The notes under the pieces were generated by a model, which saw nothing but the letters and a program-made list of their open reading frames with translations, did no database searches and was not told where the DNA came from. From Zygnema circumcarinatum SAG 698-1b (lineage: Eukaryota; Plantae; Zygnematophyceae): DNA of 64,000 nucleotides. Where the stretch lies: NCBI GenBank assembly GCA_037447605.1, contig CM074806.1, forward strand, positions 3,596,001 to 3,660,000, given 5' to 3'. Shown one piece after another: positions 59,564-64,000 of the stretch. The position numbers and the translations under genes are program-made. Positions within the stretch are counted from its first letter, which is position 1. Each line of letters starts with the position of its first letter.

Positions 59564-60616
59564 AGGATGGGAGAATACGCAGAGAGGTGGATCTGTCGAG
59601 TTTACAAGGGGAGCTGAACTGTCCCCACCATTAATGCTGTTGTACGAATAAGTGACCCTCCCATCGTCTGTACTTCACTGAAATGCAGGGCGTGGCATTG
59701 TTTCTGTTGTGTGGTCGGCATTCAAGTAGACTTGTTGAGCCCTTGAAGGTGCTGTTTGGTGACAGCACATTCAATGCATAAATGCAAGAGTTTAGCCTTT
59801 CCAGCGAGCAAGTCATGGAGTAACATCCTAAATTCAATGAGTATTGGGGTTAAGTTGGTCAAATAAACAGGTTTAGGTACCACTTGCAACCTTTTTTTCG
59901 ATCTATATCAAAATTGAGATAACAAGCCATCGTCCAGCAACAAAGGCCAGAAAAGTGGGGACCATAACTGTATTAAAATACTACATTCTCTACGCTCTGC
60001 ATGGGTGAACGAGTGGTTCCTCCGGCGAATTTAAGAAAAAGATAATTTTAAGAGTCTATGAACCAATCACTAGCTCCTGGCATCGTGGTGTTTGTAATCA
60101 AAAAACATTTTCACTACCGTGAGGATCAGCCAGGATCAACGGCCCTTCAGCTTATGAAAGCATGGAGCCACGCGACCCTTAGAATGTAAGGAAAAGAGCA
60201 AATAATTTATCATTATCGTGGTTCCAAAGAGAAGCACCTAGAGGCTCGGCTCCTCCCATATTATATTTCTAGTTGCAACTTCGTTTCCTTGGCCAGCAGA
60301 GCCAGAGCATCAGATATGCCAAGTCACCATATCCGAGTTATTTCCATTCGTTCCGGACTTCTCGACTTCCCGACTCGGAAATTGCATCAGCCCAATGTGG
60401 GTCCTTCATAAGGTCAATACCTTGATAAGGTCATACATTGATAAAGTGGGCAGCTCGTTATCATCCCAGTTGGCATATTCGGCTCCGGTGGGGCGACTTA
60501 GTAGTAGTCTTTGTTCTGACTTTATTCCTCCCGATGTCGGAAGGGTTCTCCAATTCCATTGAACCATAGTCAAAATATGGCCGCAATTGAAAAGTATGGT
60601 CTCGGTCAGTCACACT

Positions 60617-62007
60617 TTAGAATAAGATGGCAGCAGTCAACAAGACCACAAGAGCTGCAAGGCTGAATGACAAACGTGAATTGGATGGCCCTGCATCAAC
60701 AAAAGCAACAAATCATGAGGGATGCTTGAATCAGGAAGGAAATTGGTTCGTGAATATAAAGAAAGAGATAAAAACAAATAGCAGGACATAGAGAGAAGGC
60801 GGAGATTTTGGAGAGCGGGATCACGGTTGGCTTATCAAGTACCTGCACTTGGGGGCGGCGGTGGAGACGCCGGAGGAGGCGAGACGGGAGGTGGCGGTGG
60901 GACCGCCGGATTGGAAATGCTTGGGGGTATAAGCATGCCTTTTAGACCATGAATGGCAACATAGTCACTGACACGCCTGTCTTCAATGTCTTCAGCATCC
61001 ACGAAGACGCCATTCACATACACTTTATCGGCAAAAGTAGTCACATTCACCATCTGACCTTCTGCTAATGTTGGGAATACCGGAAATTCGCCACCTTGTA
61101 ATTGCCTAAGAACCTCAGAGTCCGCAAGAGTGTTGTTGAGCACATGATAACGTGCTATTTCTTGAAGACGATCGTCACTACTCAAGAATTGCGAGTTGTT
61201 TTTAATCGCTTCGTCTGTCACAGCAAAGATCGTGTACTGCGTCTCCACCTCCAGGCCAGCACGAATCTCGTCCAGTACCCCAAACTCTTCCAGCAGAGCT
61301 ACAAAATTTGGATAGTCCACTAGACTGTCTATGATAAGGGTAATGTTATCCGGCTCCGTCGGCTCCACCGGTGGAACAGGAGCTGACGGAGCGGGTGCAG
61401 GAGCATCGGCCACGCTCCCTACTTCCAATGCCATCCTCCGCGTTTCCCCGTCATAATTCACATCTTGGAATCCCGCCCTTTCTTCCGTCCTTCTCACTTC
61501 ATCTAATGTGAAAAGTCCGGAAATGCCGTGCACAAGTCCGTCGACGGCCCTCACAGATGCAAAGTCCACGATCGCTACATTGTTAATCATAAAGGTATCA
61601 TTCACCACCGAGAGGTCCACCATGCAGCCTCCCAAGGTGACAACTTTTGGACGCTGCAACCAAGCTAGGGCGTCGACTTTTCCAGATGCCACGTGGCAGA
61701 GAACCGCTCTCTTCAAATGCCTCTGGTTTCCAGGTGCACGCAGGAAGTTCATGAGGGTGGGAGGCACCCGCTCGCTCAGATAGTCGTCTGTCGGCGCAAA
61801 CATGGTAAGCTGCTCCGCACTCCGCAGCTCCAGTTCTAGGCTGCCAAGCACGTCCGCCTCCTCCAGGAGCTGCACAAACTGTCCGTACTGCTCCAGCATC
61901 CCCATTAGTACGGACTGCGACTCTTCTTCAGCCAGCCCCCTCCCAGACTGCACCAGCAACAGCATCAGGAGCGAGAGAAGAGCTCCTTGGAGCTGCGGTG
62001 CCGCCAT
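60617..62007 (-). CDS. Fasciclin-like arabinogalactan protein, two FAS1 domains, GPI-anchor signal in a second exon
   Basis: Exon 1 (60843-62007) encodes a signal peptide, FAS1 (LTMFAPTDDYL...DGLVHGISGL), an AP/SP linker, a second FAS1 (YTIFAVTDEA...VAIHGLKGML) and SPPP repeats. After a GT donor, exon 2 (60617-60690) gives GPSNSRLSFSLAALVVLLTAAILF*. Confidence 0.9.
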
Positions 62008-62557
62008 GGCTGCCCGGTCCCCTCCCTTCCTCCTCCGCCTCCTCCCGCGCAGCAGGAACAGCTCCCCTCTTGCTCCACCTCCTGCGCCTCCGTACCATTT
62101 CGTACTGTCTATCCGTACAACACAACTGAGCAGCCATGTAAGAAATCCAGTTATATGTACGGCCGATACGGTAATCTGCAGTAGGCGCGGGATCCGCGGT
62201 TACTGGCCAGTCAGAGGCTGCCATGTAAGCAGTTTTTTGTCTGTACCGAGACTCAGAAATAGAGTACAGTACTGTAAGGGAAGCAGAAAGTCAGACCGTA
62301 CAATTGTCAGCGCCGGCACGCATCGGACGGCCGCCAGTCACTGACGGACCGAATGTCAACGGTTGGCCGGCGGCCTGCTCTCCGGTTCTGTCGTGCGGAA
62401 CTAAACGCAGGTCGGAATACAAGGAACGGGTCAAGCAAGGCATGGAAGTTTTCGTCAGCAAACTTGGGAGTCAAAAAGTTGCAAACCTGCGATTCAAGTT
62501 TTATACAGTCCTAGTGGTTTCTGAGCTTGCTTGAATTCAGTACCATATACTATATAA

Positions 62558-63107
62558 GGGGGGGTCAGACCTTGACCATCGCCAAACCAATTTCGTAAGC
62601 CCGTCGGGCCTATTCCGCCGTGTACGGCAGGCCTTTTTCGCAAAAAGTGGCCGTTCGGCAGGTTCGGGCGCCGCGAATTCAAGAAAATAATTATTTTACC
62701 TTCGTATCTCCGAGCCAGGTCTGACCCCCCCCTTTTCGCCCCGCCGCGCTCCCTCCGCCGCCCGCCGCCAACCGCCCTCCGTTTTGTCGCCACGCGCGCT
62801 TCACACGTGTGAGAGGCGCTCGCGCGTGCCTGACGCGCATGGCGACAAGGCGGGGCACGATTCCTCATCGGCGGAAAGCTGGAATTTCGAAACGCAGGGC
62901 CTCCGGAGGCCCTGCGTTTCGGCGAGCGGATTTCGGCGGATTTCGGAAATTTGGGGGCAATTTTGTAACCTATTCCGTAGTACGGACGGGACATGACAGG
63001 TTCGGGGGAGCCGCGGCTTCCGACCCGAAACCTGGAAACGAAATCAATACCTTTCCGTATAGGGAATCTTTGAATTTCGTAAGCGATGGTCAAGGTCTGA
63101 CCCCCCC
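62558..63107. mobile_element. MITE-like element, 550 bp, with 25-bp perfect TIRs (GGGGGGGTCAGACCTTGACCATCGC); PIF/Harbinger-like termini
   Basis: 62558-62582 is the exact reverse complement of 63083-63107. The flanks are TAA and TAT, so the TSD is imperfect and the superfamily is tentative. A second partial copy lies at 48352-48403. Confidence 0.82.
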
Positions 63108-63677
63108 TATAGTCTGCTAATTGCTAATTGGGCAGCATCAATAGTAGGGAAAGATTGGAAAATGTTTCCCCCAGATTAATAATTACAATGCAGGAGCATT
63201 TCGTGGCCATCATGTAGTGAAATGGCAAGCGCTGCTTCCTCCCCATAAGTGACAGGCAGACGGAGGCACTTCCTATGAAAGCCGCTGCTCACCGGCTTGT
63301 GGGTTCAAGTGACGTTGAATTGTGAGACGAATTCATGGCAGTCCAGAATGCAGCTAGGAGTGCAAACAAAGAAATTTCCAGATTAACGCAAGTGGACAGT
63401 ACAAACCTCCCGTGGGAAAAGCCTACGAAATGGTGAAACAGTAAAAAAAAATGTGCTCTTCACATCAATTGTCGAACGTAAAGGTATTGGTAATGTTAAG
63501 GTAAGTAAGGTAAGGTAAGGCCCGAATGACAGTAAGGTTAGAAATGTAGCATGCACATGGTGAACGGGGACCCGAGCATGGACCCAACTTCTGCCTTTTG
63601 GATGCAGGAGCTGGAGGAGATAGGATGACTGGAATGGCTGTAAATCCTCAAAATGTCGTCAAGAATCAGTAGCAGTG

Positions 63678-63910
63678 TTAGCCATACGCCGCGATCCAGT
63701 TATAAAGCTCCTTCCGCATACTCCTCACGTAACTTCTACTTACTTTTTCTTTGAGAAGCTTCGCAAAATCGGAGATAGCTTTATGATTTTCATCTTTGAT
63801 CGCATTGAGAAGGAAACGACAATTCGCCAAGACATACATGCCGCAGTCGTAACCGTTTGCTTGCTGGGGAGTGGGCTCCAAAGTTAAGCGGCAATTCACA
63901 GCGCTTGGTC
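63678..63910 (-). CDS. Last exon of a NEDD8-specific protease (SENP8/DEN1-like, peptidase C48); gene continues beyond the window
   Basis: The frame reads TPQQANGYDCGMYVLA, the C48 oxyanion Gln and catalytic Cys motif. It is preceded by a pyrimidine tract and CTGCAG acceptor at 63911-63916. Confidence 0.75.
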
Positions 63911-64000
63911 CTGCAGATCAACAAGGGTAGACAGATCAATGGAGGGGGTGGCAAAGCGAGACATGAAGCGGGAATAGAGGGCTAACACAAACGAATGGGA

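Noticed and set aside
62494-63120. 199-aa and shorter ORFs across the second MITE
   Set aside because: These are Arg/Gly/Pro-rich products of GC-rich repeat sequence with no transposase motifs.
1-64000. CRISPR arrays, rRNA genes, prokaryotic operons or viral genes
   Set aside because: No regularly spaced repeat-spacer array or rRNA-like sequence was seen. All recognisable genes are plant-type, most with spliceosomal introns.

Overview
Eukaryotic, intron-rich nuclear DNA. The protein content is plant-like and points to a streptophyte, most likely a streptophyte alga or early-diverging plant (inferred from protein similarity only). I can support 13 protein-coding loci, in order: 1-Cys peroxiredoxin (+), DRT102 RpiB-cupin fusion (-), PILS/auxin-efflux-carrier-family transporter with a long N-terminal presequence (-), APX6/APX-R peroxidase (+), a VIPP1/PspA-like protein with an unusual C-terminal tail (-), SCD2 (-), a Deg2/Deg9-type protease (-), a METTL21-like methyltransferase (+), a divergent C2-phospholipase D (-), RPS10 (+), an S-layer-homology (SLH) domain protein (+), a GPI-anchored fasciclin-like AGP (-), and the last exon of a SENP8/DEN1-like protease (-). 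There are two non-autonomous DNA-transposon (MITE-like) elements. One is a 651-bp TA-flanked element with 165-bp TIRs carrying a cluster of CCGTAC (SBP-type) motifs. The other is a 550-bp element with 25-bp TIRs, with a relic of its terminus 14 kb away. The PLD gene contains a 10-N gap flanked by two slightly diverged copies of a 1.2-kb three-exon block. The least explained region is 46.0-48.5 kb: direct repeats enclosing an orphan signal-peptide exon, a coding-like fragment with an in-frame TGA, and a TTTTTAGGG-type array. No rRNA, tRNA or CRISPR feature is supported. All splice models, alignments and family assignments were made by eye and from memory, without database searches.
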